Origin: Ranitomeya imitator
Taxonomy: Eukaryota
Direction: 5' to 3'
DNA: 64,000 nt
NCBI RefSeq assembly: GCF_032444005.1
Contig: NC_091289.1
Coordinates: 5,456,001 to 5,520,000 of the forward strand
Numbering within the stretch: the stretch's first letter is position 1; every line of letters begins with the position of its first letter. The notes beneath the pieces were generated by a model. The model worked only from the letters and a program-made list of their open reading frames with translations, was not told where the DNA came from and searched no databases. Below are positions 23,201 to 33,862 of this stretch, in pieces. A program made the translations under genes and the position numbers.

Positions 23201-26200
23201 TGTGACAGGAGGTAGGAAAACATCCACGTATACTACTCATCTTACCTATCCCTGGTGTTATTATATACTTCTGTGGATATACCTAGAAGCTGCAAAATTT
23301 CTTTTATTGATCACGTATCTGGACTTTATCTTTTTATCTATGAGTAGCTTTCCCTCTTTTTTGGCTAATATCTAGCGCGTACCTACATGTACTTACATAC
23401 ATACTTTTATTAGATTATACATTTATTACCAACTTGGTGTGGAAGTTGATTTGGTAACGCAGCAAGGATTATTGGCTTTTTATCACTTTTGCGCCACCAT
23501 CTATACACATTTTAGCATATTCATTACTGTAATGAGCGGTGCGTGACCGCTGAACATAGGAAGATGCCTCCGGAGACCATCTGACAGTGAGACCCTGCCA
23601 GGGACCGTGCCGGGAGCAGGTTAGTATAATGGGGAGGGTGAGCATTGCGCTATATTCACCTGACCCCGTGCACCGCTCCATCTTCCGCATCCTCTGCCTG
23701 TGACTGTTCAGGTCAGAGGGCGCGATGACGGGTTTACTGTGCGCCCTCTGCCTGAGCAGTCAGAGCCGGAAGACAGAGCGGCGCGCAGCGGTGGAACGAG
23801 GCCAGGTGAATATCGCAAGTGTCGGGGGCCTGAGTGACGAGAGGTGAGTATGTGATTTTTTTAATTTTAATTGCAACTTATGGGGCATAATCTATGGAGC
23901 ACTTATGGGGCGTAATCTATGGAACATCTTATGGGGCGTAATCTATGGAGCATCTTATGGGGCGTAATCTATGTAGCATCTTATGGGGCGTAATCTATGG
24001 AGCATCTTATGGGGCCAATATTATACTAACCTTTGTGCAGCATTATATGGGGCATATTTTAATATGGAGCATCTTATGGGGCCCATCATAAACTGTATGG
24101 AGCATTATATGGGGCTCCTGATTCAGTATGGATATTCAAAAACACGTAACCTACTGATGTCTCAATTAATTTTACTTTTATTGGTATCTATTTTTACTTT
24201 TGACATTTACCAGTAGCTGCTGCATTTCCCACCCTAGGCTTATACTCGAGTATATATGGTATGTTACATCAATATTATGGTACTGCATAAGTCATCTCAG
24301 GTCCTTGTCTCCTGAGAGCACCATGACGGAAAAGAAATCTACAAAAGTTTGTCCCCTTCATGACGGGCGATATTTCCTTTTTATGCTTCTATTTTTAAAC
24401 CGCAGCGAATTCTGATCTCCGCAGAAAAGAAAATCTGCAGCTTGACAGGCAAAGAAACAACCCCCCCAACCCCCACGCACACCGACATTGACGAGAAAAT
24501 AAAAAGAAATACCAGTCTCGCAAAAACATAAAATTTTATTTTACAAAATTCTGAATTTTTTTTAACCACTGAAGTTAAAAAAAAAAAAACTCCCCTTATC
24601 ATTTTGGCCTCGCTGTGCTTGTACCTACCCGGCAATCACATGCACAAAAACCTAAAAACATCTTTCGAAAGGGGGAGGGGAGGTGTTTCCTTCTCACTGC
24701 ACTTGAACTGAAGAACTCGAAAAATACATTTTATGGCAAAGTGAATGGTGTTAGTGTAAGTTGTCCTGCAAATAAACTAATTCCTTGACCCATACAGAGG
24801 TAGAACAAAAAACAGTTACCGCTCTTGAAAGAGTGGAGGAAAACAACCAAAAGCAAAAAACTGCCTGGTTCTTAAGGGGTTTAAAAAAGAAAAAGAAAAG
24901 AAAAATTATCGCCGACTGGACTGAACTGATACATTGTAGCAAACCCATCAGCTGTGTAAGTTGCACCTGTCCAGGAGAGGTGATGGCATTCAGTGACTTG
25001 CAGCAGAGTTGTTGAGTCTCCTCGGTGGTGTTCTGTTATCTGACGTATCGGTCACATGTCGGGTTTCCATCTGCAGAACGCGCAGCACGTGGAGGTGGAG
25101 AGCATCCCCCTGCCGGACCTGCCACACGCTCCCTCTAATATTCTGATCCAGGACATCCCCCTCCCCGGGACGCAGCCGCCCTCCATTCTGAAGAAGACGT
25201 CTGCCTACGGGTGAGTGCCACGCCATGATTGGCGCTCGTTCTCTGGAGACCTGCATCCGCCATGATGTAACGCTGCTCTACGCCCCTAGGCCCCCCGGCC
25301 GTGGAGTCTCGTTACCGTTCCCCCCAGGACATGGGGTTCCTCGTCTACCCCCAGGGAAGAAGCCTCCTGGGCCGCCCCCCGGTCCTCCCCCACCACAAGT
25401 GCTGGCGATGTACGGGCGCAGGGTCGGATTTGCTTTGGAGAACATAATGAGAAGAAGAGAGGATGAGAGGTACAGTCCTGAGGGAGGTGAGTGCCGGTAT
25501 TGGGGTCCTGTCTGATGAGGGGATGTGGATATATGGTGGTCTCCAGTCAGGGGCTGCTTCACATTTTCGTGACGGGACAATTTTTATTTCAGGCACCCCC
25601 ATAGCTTCCCTGGATTATTACTAGTGCTGAGCTAGTGTACTCGTTGCTCGGGTGATCTCCGAGTTTTGTGATTGCTCGGAGATTTAGTTTTCCTTGCTGC
25701 AGCTGAATGATTTACAGCTATTAGCCAGGTTGAGTACATGTGGGGGTTGCCTGGCAACCCCCATATGTACTCAGCCTGGCTAGTAGCTGTAAATCATTCA
25801 GCTGAGGCGATGAAATCTAAATCTCAGAGCAGTCACAAATACTCGGAGACCACCGAGCAGCGAGTACACTCCTCATCGCTAATCATTACTTTCTGTTCCT
25901 GCCGACATTGCTGTTTAGAGCTCGTTTTTCGCAGGACGACTTTTAGTGATTTTTAGTGATATCGTTCACTTTACCATAAAATATAGTGAAATATTGGGAA
26001 AATTCCAAGTGCAGTGAAACTGAGGGAAACCATGCGAATCCACCATTGTTTCTTGGGTTTCGTTTTTGGAGCTTTGTGCGGTAAATCTGACCTGGTGACG
26101 AGATTCTTCGGGTCACTGCCACTGCGGCGAAACCAGACATGTTTGCGTTTTTAAATCGATGGTGCAAAGTGTTTTTTACGGATGCAGCGATCACAAATAT

Positions 26201-29200
26201 GTCATTTTTTATTCAAAAAGGGAGTCACTTCACACTTGTGTATATCGATTTATATTCTTTGAAACGTTTTGTTTTTGTACTTTATACTGATACATATAGA
26301 TGCTGTATCACTCTGCTCCTGAGCCCACTCCGTACATTAACCCCCGAAATAGGATGTACATTTTATGGTGGGAGTGAGTTAAAGGGGTTGCCTGACCAAG
26401 GGCGATTCCTTGAATATAATGTCCACCGCAACCACTAAGAGCTCCGGCCAATGCTGCCCTCTACTGGTGCAGTGTAGTATTACATGTTTCCATTGACATG
26501 ACTGGAGCGGTTCCTCTCTTTGTTATATAGGGGGGTTGGGAGATGTGTATAAATATTGATAGTGGTTGCCCCCATTAATGGACCCTGTCCCCCCCCATGC
26601 AGGGCCGGTGTGTATAAGTGATCATGTCTACATACTTCCCCACCATGACGCCTCCTCTTTGAACTGCCGCTCGCATCTCTTCAGGGCTGAAAAGTCACCA
26701 TGACCTCTCCAGCTCCAGTGAGGATGAGGACTATCCCAACGACATGGAGCAGGATAAGGAAGACGAGGGCAGCAGCGACGAGGACAGCGACAGCAACCAC
26801 TCAGACGGCCGGGATAGCGACAGCGCCGAGTTCTCTCAGCAGGACGATGAGAAGAAAGCCGGCGGGGACAAGAAGGCGGCAGGTGAGTCCCCCGCACTCC
26901 TCAGTCTGGGGTCACGGTGCACTTTTTCTCGGGTCTGTATTCAGGTTTAACCCTTTGCACGTTCCTGCTTTATCGTAACGTGAAGAGTCTTCGTCTCCTC
27001 AGCAGAAGGGATTTTATGAATTTGTTTGCGCTGCTCATCATCAAAGACGTCAAAATCAGAGGATTAGTCAAATATATGAGAACTCAGGAACCTACAATAA
27101 ACATTATTTTTATGGATTTAGATAGCGGGTCAGATAAGAATGAGAATACGGAATTATCAGACCTATATAATAGATGTCACCTGAGATGATCCTTTTAATC
27201 TGCTGCAGAAAATCCCGATTACCACGGCGCACTTTCCTTTTCCTTTGTTTTTCTTCGTTTACGTCGACCTTTTATTTCTATGCAATCTAATCTGTAAATC
27301 ACGTCAGCGTTGACCTACATCGACCCGGAGAGAACGTGTCCATCGCTCCGAAGGTCTAGTCCCATTCTAGAACTCACCACTTTACTGTCCCCTTCTTCTT
27401 GGAAAATGGTTTCCTTTTTTTCTCCTTTCCCTCTCTCCTTTGTTTTTGTTTTTTTCACTATTGGTGAAAACTTATGAATTATTCACAATTTCTAGCAGTT
27501 GAGACTCTGTCCAATTAAGTATGAAATGAACTGCATAATATTGTCAGTCATCGTATGTATGAAGAATCACAAGCAGTTTACAATTGATCTATAATATATT
27601 GGGAAGAATCATCGTTTTACATTACAAATATTTTTACATTTTATTTTTCCTTCTCCCAGAATAAGATTCTACATAAATATTACTTTTATAAATCCTTTTT
27701 CATTTTTTGTCACTTTACACAACACTGCAAATAGTCTAAACAGTAAGTTGCCCGTAATATCATTGACGTTCACAAAGAATTCAATTCCATTATTTATTTT
27801 TTATATTGAATCGTAAACAGGGAAGTCATTTTTATTCTTTGTAGAATTTTATACCTATATTTTATCTTCTTATATTGTTGAAATTGTGATTGATATATAA
27901 TCAATGTCAGTTGAATTTTACTAACCGCCATTTCCGTGATCTGTGACCCATCCTTGCTGCCTCGGCGCCTCTTGTGTGAAGTTTACACACGCAAAACCTG
28001 CTATTTATAATTCTGAATTTTTATCGGGTAAGACCCTATTGCGCTATTTTTTTTTTCTACTTCGTCTCCTCAGGTCACAGCGTGCGATTTGCTGACGCTG
28101 CAGAAAAGCCTCGTAAGAAAAAGAAGAAAAATGTCAAGGATCTGACTCCCCTTCAAGCCATGATGTTACGTATGGCAGGTAAGTCCTCCTCATCCTTTCC
28201 ACTGAGGACATCGATGGCTTGAGACGCGCAACTTTCCCAGTCTCCTGAATGGCAGACATACATGGAGTAAACATGTCGCCTTTACAGAAAGTCCATCTGT
28301 CGTCCATAGATCACGGACTAATGTCAGGAGGAGCCACTTGTCTGGTAATGCGTCATTAATCCGCAGGTCAGGAGGTCACAGAAGAAGACGAGGAGCGTGA
28401 AGTCGAAGAATACTCTTCATCTTCCTCATCAGAAGACGACTCTGGTTCCGAGGACGAGCAGCAGACTGAAGAGCCCAAAACCGAATCTGCTGAGAGCAGC
28501 GCCTCCTCCGCACCAATCACTGTACCCCCACCCGTTACCGTCCCACCACCACCCTTGCAGATGCCGCCATCCATCATGACAGGGCCTCCTCCATTGGGTC
28601 CACCTCCAGTTCCACCTCTCCGACCACCTGGTCCCCCAACAGGAATGCCACCAGGACCACCTCCAGGTAATATGAGTGGACACAACATGACAGCGATGTG
28701 TTCTCAGCTGAAAATATAAAACAATGATGTAACCATTCTACGCTGTCTATTTCAGGTGCACCCCCATTCCTAAGACCCCCAGGACTCCGTGGACCTCCAC
28801 CACGACTGTTACCTCCAGGACCTCCACCTGGCCGTCCTCCAGGCCCACCTCCAGGTCCTCCGCCTGGCCTACCACCAGGTCCTCCACCCCGTGGGCCCCC
28901 GCCAAGGCTACCCCCACCTGGACCTCCAGGTATATTTTTATTATTGAGTGGGCGTCTTTGCAGACATTCATATGCATTGGCCATAATATAGTCTAGTGGG
29001 CCAGGGGATGCTGCATGTGTGACCCAACGTGTCAGCTGTCCATGTGCTGTACACTGTGATGACCCCACTGCAGTGAGGTTACAGCGTACAATCTGGGCTG
29101 TGACCCCAGTAACGCAACAATTCAATGACGTACGTGAGACACATTGATTAACCTCCTGATCTCTTATGTTCCTGTCTGTGCAGGTATGCCCCCTCTTCCT

Positions 29201-29611
29201 CGTCCCATGATGCGGCCTCCCATGGTTCCTCCTCCAGGCACCGTCCCCCCAGGCCTTTACCCTCCAACAGCATTGGCAAACCCTGGAGTGCTAAGTGCTC
29301 CCCCCAGCTTGATACAAAGACCCAAGTCAGACGATGGAGGTGCCACCATTGAGAAGAAAGCCACCGCCACCATCAGCGCCAAACCACAGATTACAAATCC
29401 CAAGGCCGAGGTAACGCGGTTTGTACCCACCGCACTCCGAGTGCGCAGAGAAAATAAAGGCGCCCCAGTTACAGCTCCTGCCAAAAAGCAAGAGGAGGAA
29501 GTGGTGCGGCCGGCGGTGAAAACAGGTCCCAAGGCTGGAAACCCAATGCCCGTGCAGACAAAGGACGATATGTATGAGGCGTTCATGAAAGAGATGGAAG
29601 GGCTGCTATAA
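20148..29611 (+). CDS. WBP11: WW domain-binding protein 11 (NpwBP/SIPP1), 640 aa, 11 coding exons
   Basis: MGRRSTSSTKSGKFMNPTDQARKEARKRELKK...TKDDMYEAFMKEMEGLL; all introns GT-AG with consistent phases, total 1923 nt. Confidence 0.98.
20243..21212. repeat. Two adjoining related minisatellites (~49 bp, then 81/86 bp) in WBP11 intron 2
   Basis: Shared core GCAGCTCYGGRGTATAATACA. Confidence 0.92.
21359..21390 (+). CDS. WBP11: WBP11 coding exon 2
   Basis: RKEARKRELKK, 32 nt. Confidence 0.96.
21541..21634 (+). CDS. WBP11: WBP11 coding exon 3
   Basis: NKKQRMMVRAAVLKMKDPKQIIRDMEKLDEM. Confidence 0.97.
21870..22066 (+). CDS. WBP11: WBP11 coding exon 4
   Basis: EFNPVQQPQLNEKVLKD...QYFDAVK. Confidence 0.97.
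22448..24259. mobile_element. Non-autonomous TA-flanked DNA transposon (Tc1/mariner superfamily, Tc2/pogo-like TIR) in WBP11 intron 5
   Basis: TIR CCGTATATACTCGAGTATAAG / CTTATACTCGAGTATATATGG; internal ~26-bp repeats at 23880-24120. Confidence 0.8.
22727..23306. mobile_element. Fold-back element with 199-bp near-perfect arms
   Basis: Arms 22727-22925 and 23108-23306, 182-bp spacer. Confidence 0.88.
25077..25210 (+). CDS. WBP11: WBP11 coding exon 5
   Basis: NAQHVEVESIPLPD...SILKKTSAYG. Confidence 0.97.
25290..25486 (+). CDS. WBP11: WBP11 coding exon 6
   Basis: KKPPGPPPGPPPPQV...RVGF (RVxF-type PP1 motif). Confidence 0.96.
25636..25870. mobile_element. Palindromic MITE in WBP11 intron 7
   Basis: Central hairpin 25700-25804 with 1-nt loop; imperfect outer arms. 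Confidence 0.75.
26685..26882 (+). CDS. WBP11: WBP11 coding exon 7 (acidic)
   Basis: SSSEDEDYPNDMEQD...; phase 1-1. Confidence 0.92.
28074..28178 (+). CDS. WBP11: WBP11 coding exon 8
   Basis: GHSVRFAD...LTPLQAMMLRMA. Confidence 0.96.
28367..28666 (+). CDS. WBP11: WBP11 coding exon 9
   Basis: GQEV...GPPPLGPPPVPPLRPPGPPTGMPPGPPP. Confidence 0.95.
28756..28929 (+). CDS. WBP11: WBP11 coding exon 10 (proline-rich)
   Basis: GAPPFLRPPG...RGPPPRLPPPGPP. Confidence 0.96.
29184..29611 (+). CDS. WBP11: WBP11 last coding exon
   Basis: ATIEKKATATISAKPQI...TRFVPTALRVRRE...EMEGLL, TAA. Confidence 0.97.
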
Positions 29612-29828
29612 GGCGGGTAGTGAAATGTACTGTGAGGTCGCCCCCTGTGCCCGGCACCAGCCTCGCCATCTGTGCCCACTCCGTCACCGGCCGCCCTCTG
29701 CTCCTGTAGAGCTGATGCCCTCTTGTTAGGATTACTGCGGATCGTAGTCTGGTTCTATGTTCTTTCCACATCAGATGCAGTTTAGGTCCATTATGTCGAC
29801 CATTTACATTTATTTTTAAAGTCTTGGT

Positions 29829-29834
29829 ATTAAA
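29829..29834 (+). terminator. WBP11: Probable WBP11 polyadenylation signal ATTAAA
   Basis: ATTAAA ~220 nt after the stop, followed by TGTGTG. Confidence 0.55.
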
Positions 29835-31359
29835 TGTGTGATATAATCTGTGCGGCTCTGTGGGGATTCGATGGGCAGTCGCTTTTGGATACCGATCCAG
29901 GAGAGCAACCACCTGAGCTGTTGGCATCAGGTCATATGACCTTTACAGCTGTGGGGTCAGGTATGGTGGTCTGCAGTGTATGCTGCACAGATCCGACTGA
30001 TGCCAGCGGAGTGTCGCGCTATGGGGCCCACTAATTGGAGCAGGAATCGCTGAGTAATGGAGGATCCTAGGCAGGAGCTCGTGCATCTGCACCAACGCAT
30101 TCTGCGCAGTTGGCCATCACACTGCTCTATCAGTCCAAGTCTACAGGCGCTTCTCACAAAATGAGATTATCATCAGAAAGTGAATTTATTTCTGTTCTTC
30201 AATGCAAGAAGTGAATCTCCTATCTTCTATAGAGCCATTACACACAGAGTGATCTATTTCATGTGTTTATTTCTGTTAATGTTGATGATTATGGCTTACA
30301 GCCAATGAAAACCCAAAAGTCATTATCTCAGTAAATTAGAATACTTTAACACCAGCTTGAAAAACGATTTTAGAAACTGAAATGTTCTCTACTGAAATGT
30401 CTGTTCAGTTTTGCATCAATTACTGCATCAATGCGGCGTGGCATGGAGGCGATCAGTCTGTGGCACTGCTGGGGGGTTATGGACGCCCAGGTTGCTTTGA
30501 TAGCAGCCTTCAGCTCGTCTGCATTGTTGGGTCTGGTGTCTCATCTTCCTCTTGACAATACTCCATAGATTCTCTATAGGGTTGATGTCAGGCGAGTTTG
30601 CGGCCAATCAAGCCCAGTGATACTGTTGTTTTTACACCAGGTGTTGGTACTTTTGGCAGTGTGGACAGGGGCCAAGTCCTGCTGGACAATGACATTTCCA
30701 TCTCCAAAAAGCTTGTCAGCAGAGGGAAGCATGAAGTGCTCTATAATGTCCTGGTAGACGGCTGCGCTGACTTTGGTCTTGATAAAACACAGTGGACCTA
30801 CACCGGCAGATGACATGGCCCCCAAACCATCACTGATTGTGGAGACTTCACACTAGACCTCCATCAGCTTGGATTGTGGCCTCTCCACTCTTCCTCCAGA
30901 CTCTGGGACCTTGGACCACTGACAACAGTCCGGTTCTTTTCCTCCTTGGCCCAGGTAAGACGCTTCTGGAATCGTCTATTGGTCATGAGTGGCCGGACAC
31001 AAGGAATGTGACACTTGTAGCCCATGTCCTGGAGACGTCTGTGTGTGGTGAAGCAATGACTCCAGCAGCCGTCCGCTCCTTGTGAATCTCACCCACATTA
31101 CTGAATGGCCTTATCTTAACAATCCTTTCCAGGCTGCGGTTATCCCGGTTGCTTGTGCACCTTCTTCTACCACACTTTTTCCTTACACTTTCCATTAATA
31201 TTCTTGGATACAGTACTGTGTGAACAGCCGGCTTCTTTAGCAATGACTTTTTGTGGCTTCTCCTCCTTGTGGAGTGTGTCAGTGATGCCTTCTGGACATC
31301 TGTCAGGTCAGCAGTCTTCCCCATGATTGTGAAGCTACTGAAACAGACTAAGGGACCTT

Positions 31360-31475
31360 AGGGACATCCTGATGAAGAGACCTGTGTAGTCTGGAAAGCT
31401 GCAATTTGTTACCATCTTTTCAGTTCGCCATTAAAAGGTATCAACCACTGAGGACTCTCAATTGTAAATATTTTT
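31360..31475 (+). mobile_element. 116-bp retro-insert with 12-bp target duplication, probably Penelope-like
   Basis: CTAAGGGACCTT at 31348-31359 and 31476-31487; single copy of this 12-mer at the matching site of the other Tc1-A (10858). Confidence 0.65.
31369..31401 (+). ncRNA. Degenerate minimal hammerhead ribozyme core
   Basis: CTGATGA-A-GAGAC(ctgtgta)GTCTG-GAAA-GCT-G. Confidence 0.4.
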
Positions 31476-31764
31476 CTAAGGGACCTTTGTAAACTCTTAG
31501 GAGCCTTTACAGGTGTTTATTGTTAATTATTCTAATTTACTGAGATAATGACTTTTGGGTTTTCATTGGCTGTAAGCCATAATCATCAACATTAACAGAA
31601 ATAAACACGTGAAATAGATCACTCTGTGTGTAATGACTCTATAGAATATAGGAGATTCACTTTTTGTATTGAAGAATTGATGATATTGTAATTTTGTGAG
31701 AATTGCTCGTATCCGCTGTACGCTTGCAGGGTGTGGCCCACAACAGGTTAATAGAGGAGATATA

Positions 31765-33215
31765 CGCTGCTCAATAAAATAAAGGGAACACAACACAATG
31801 TAACTCCACGTCCATCACACTTCTGTGCAATCATTCTGTCCAGTTATGATGTAACACCGTTTGGGAATCAATTTCTCCCGCTGCAAATGGAGCAGACAAT
31901 TGGTAGAAATGATCGGCAATTGTTCTCATACTTTTTGGCTGTTTTGGTCACATTTGCATTTTGTCATTGCTCTCGCCCCTAGAGGTACAGTATAGTACCA
32001 TGAGGCAGTGACTACACACCACAGACGTTGCTCAGGTAGTGCAGCTCATCCAGGATGGCACATCAATGTGAGCTGTGGTAAGAAGGGTAGCTGTGTCTGT
32101 CGAGTGTCCAGAGCATGGAGTATATACCAGGAGACGTGGAGGGGGGCGTAGGAGGGCAACAACCCAGCAGCAGGATGGCTACCACCTCCTTTGTGCAAGG
32201 AGCAGTGCCAGAGCTCTGCAAAATGACTTGCAGGCCGCTAACATCCATGCGTCTGCTCAAACTGAAACTGCCCCCATGAGGGTGGTATGAAGGCCTGCTG
32301 TCCACAAGTGGGTGTTGTGCTTACCGCCCAACACTGCAGGCCGATTGTCATTCGCCACAGAGCACCAAGATTGGCAAATTCACCACTGGCGCCCTGTGCT
32401 CTTCACAGATGAAAGCAGGTTCACACTGAGCACATGTTACAGAGTCTGGAGACGTCGTGGAGAACGATCTGCTGCCTGCAACATCCTTCAGCATGACCGG
32501 TTTGGCAGTGGGTCAGTAATGGTGTGGGGTGGCATTTCTTTGGAGGGCCGCACAGCCCTCCATGTGCTCGCCAGAGGTAGCCTGACTGCCATTAGGTACC
32601 CAGATGAGATCCTCAGACCCCTTGTGAGTCCATATGCTGGTGCGGTTGGCCCTAGGTACCTCCTAATGCAGGACAATGGCAGACCTCATGTGGATGGAGT
32701 GTCAGCAGTTCCTGCAAGATGAAGGCATTGAAGCTATGGACTGGCCGCCTGTTCCCCAGACCTGAATCCGATTGAGCACATCTGGGACATCATGCCTCGC
32801 TCCATCCACCAACGTCACGTTGCAGCATAGACTATCCAGGAGTTGGCGGATGCTTTAGTCCAGGTCTGGGAGGAGATTCCTCAGGAGTCCATCCGCCGCC
32901 TCATCCGGAGCTTGCCCAGGAGTAGTAGGGAGGTCATACAGGCACGTGGAGGCCACACATACTACTGAGCATCATTTCCTTGTCGTGAGACATTTCCACT
33001 GAAGTTTGATCAGCCTGTAACTTCATTTTCCACTTTGACATTGAGTATCATTCCAACTCCATAGGGTGTTCATTCTGCTTTACGTTGATCATTTTTGTTT
33101 CATTGTTTTCAGAGCATTCCACTATGTAATGAATAAAGATTTACAACTGGAATATTTCATCCAGTGATTTCCAGGATGTGGGATTGTAGTGTTCCGTTTA
33201 TGTTTCTGAGCAGTG
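31765..33215 (+). mobile_element. Tc1/mariner element C, degraded
   Basis: TIR CGCTGCTCAATAAAATAAAGGGAACA / TGTTCCGTTTATGTTTCTGAGCAGTG; [35 protein letters not shown]. Confidence 0.9.
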
Positions 33216-33862
33216 TGCATTGTCCAGTAAGTGTCGGCTGCGTCTAAGGGCAGATGTGTCACTAATATAACGCCACCTCTCCGGTCTGTGGGATATTATA
33301 ATGAGGGAATGTGGTGAATGTTATTCCGCGGACCGTCGCGCCCTCCAGCTTCACCCGTTGCCCCTCAGTTCAGACCGTGTTTGTCTTCGGATTAATCAGT
33401 GTCGGCTTACACAAATATTGGAAATTCTCCCCGGACTCTGAACGTGCGATAAGTCTTGTTTTTCTTAAAACGATATCTGTAATGTTCTACTATAATCTGT
33501 ATTTAATGCCCCCCCCCTCCAGCTGCAGTTTCCTCACCCTCCCCAGGTCCAGTGCTGAGTCTTCACCACTGCTCCCGGCTTCTGTTCTTCTCTGCAGCAC
33601 AGATGTCACTCCGATAATTCCACTGAGCGTCCAAATGCTGTCATATAGCGCCCCGATGATAACCGTTATATAACACCAAGATAAAGTGTATACAGGGCCC
33701 AGATACTGTGATAGCGCCACCCAGGGGCCAGATAACCACTGTACCCGCACACGCTGCACCCCACACTGCCAGCATTCAGGATGTGAATTGTACCAATGAT
33801 ACACAAGTAACAACGTGAGGGTCTTGGCGCACAATGCGGGAGCCCATCCACCAGAAACAAGG

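Larger units (their letters stand above)
30144..31709 (-). mobile_element. Second copy of Tc1 family A, degraded transposase
   Basis: TA-flanked TIR CAGGCGCTTCTCAC; MGKTADLTDVQK N-terminus and QQDLAPVHTAK...DWP catalytic fragment. Confidence 0.9.

Noticed and set aside
26917-27189. 90-aa ORF in WBP11 intron 8 as a poison exon
   Set aside because: No convincing splice sites or homology seen
28368-29125. Gly-rich minus-strand ORFs
   Set aside because: Antisense shadow of the proline-rich WBP11 exons
33545-33600. Exon-like segment on the minus strand (CAG...GTGAGG)
   Set aside because: Isolated, no partner exons and no recognisable peptide
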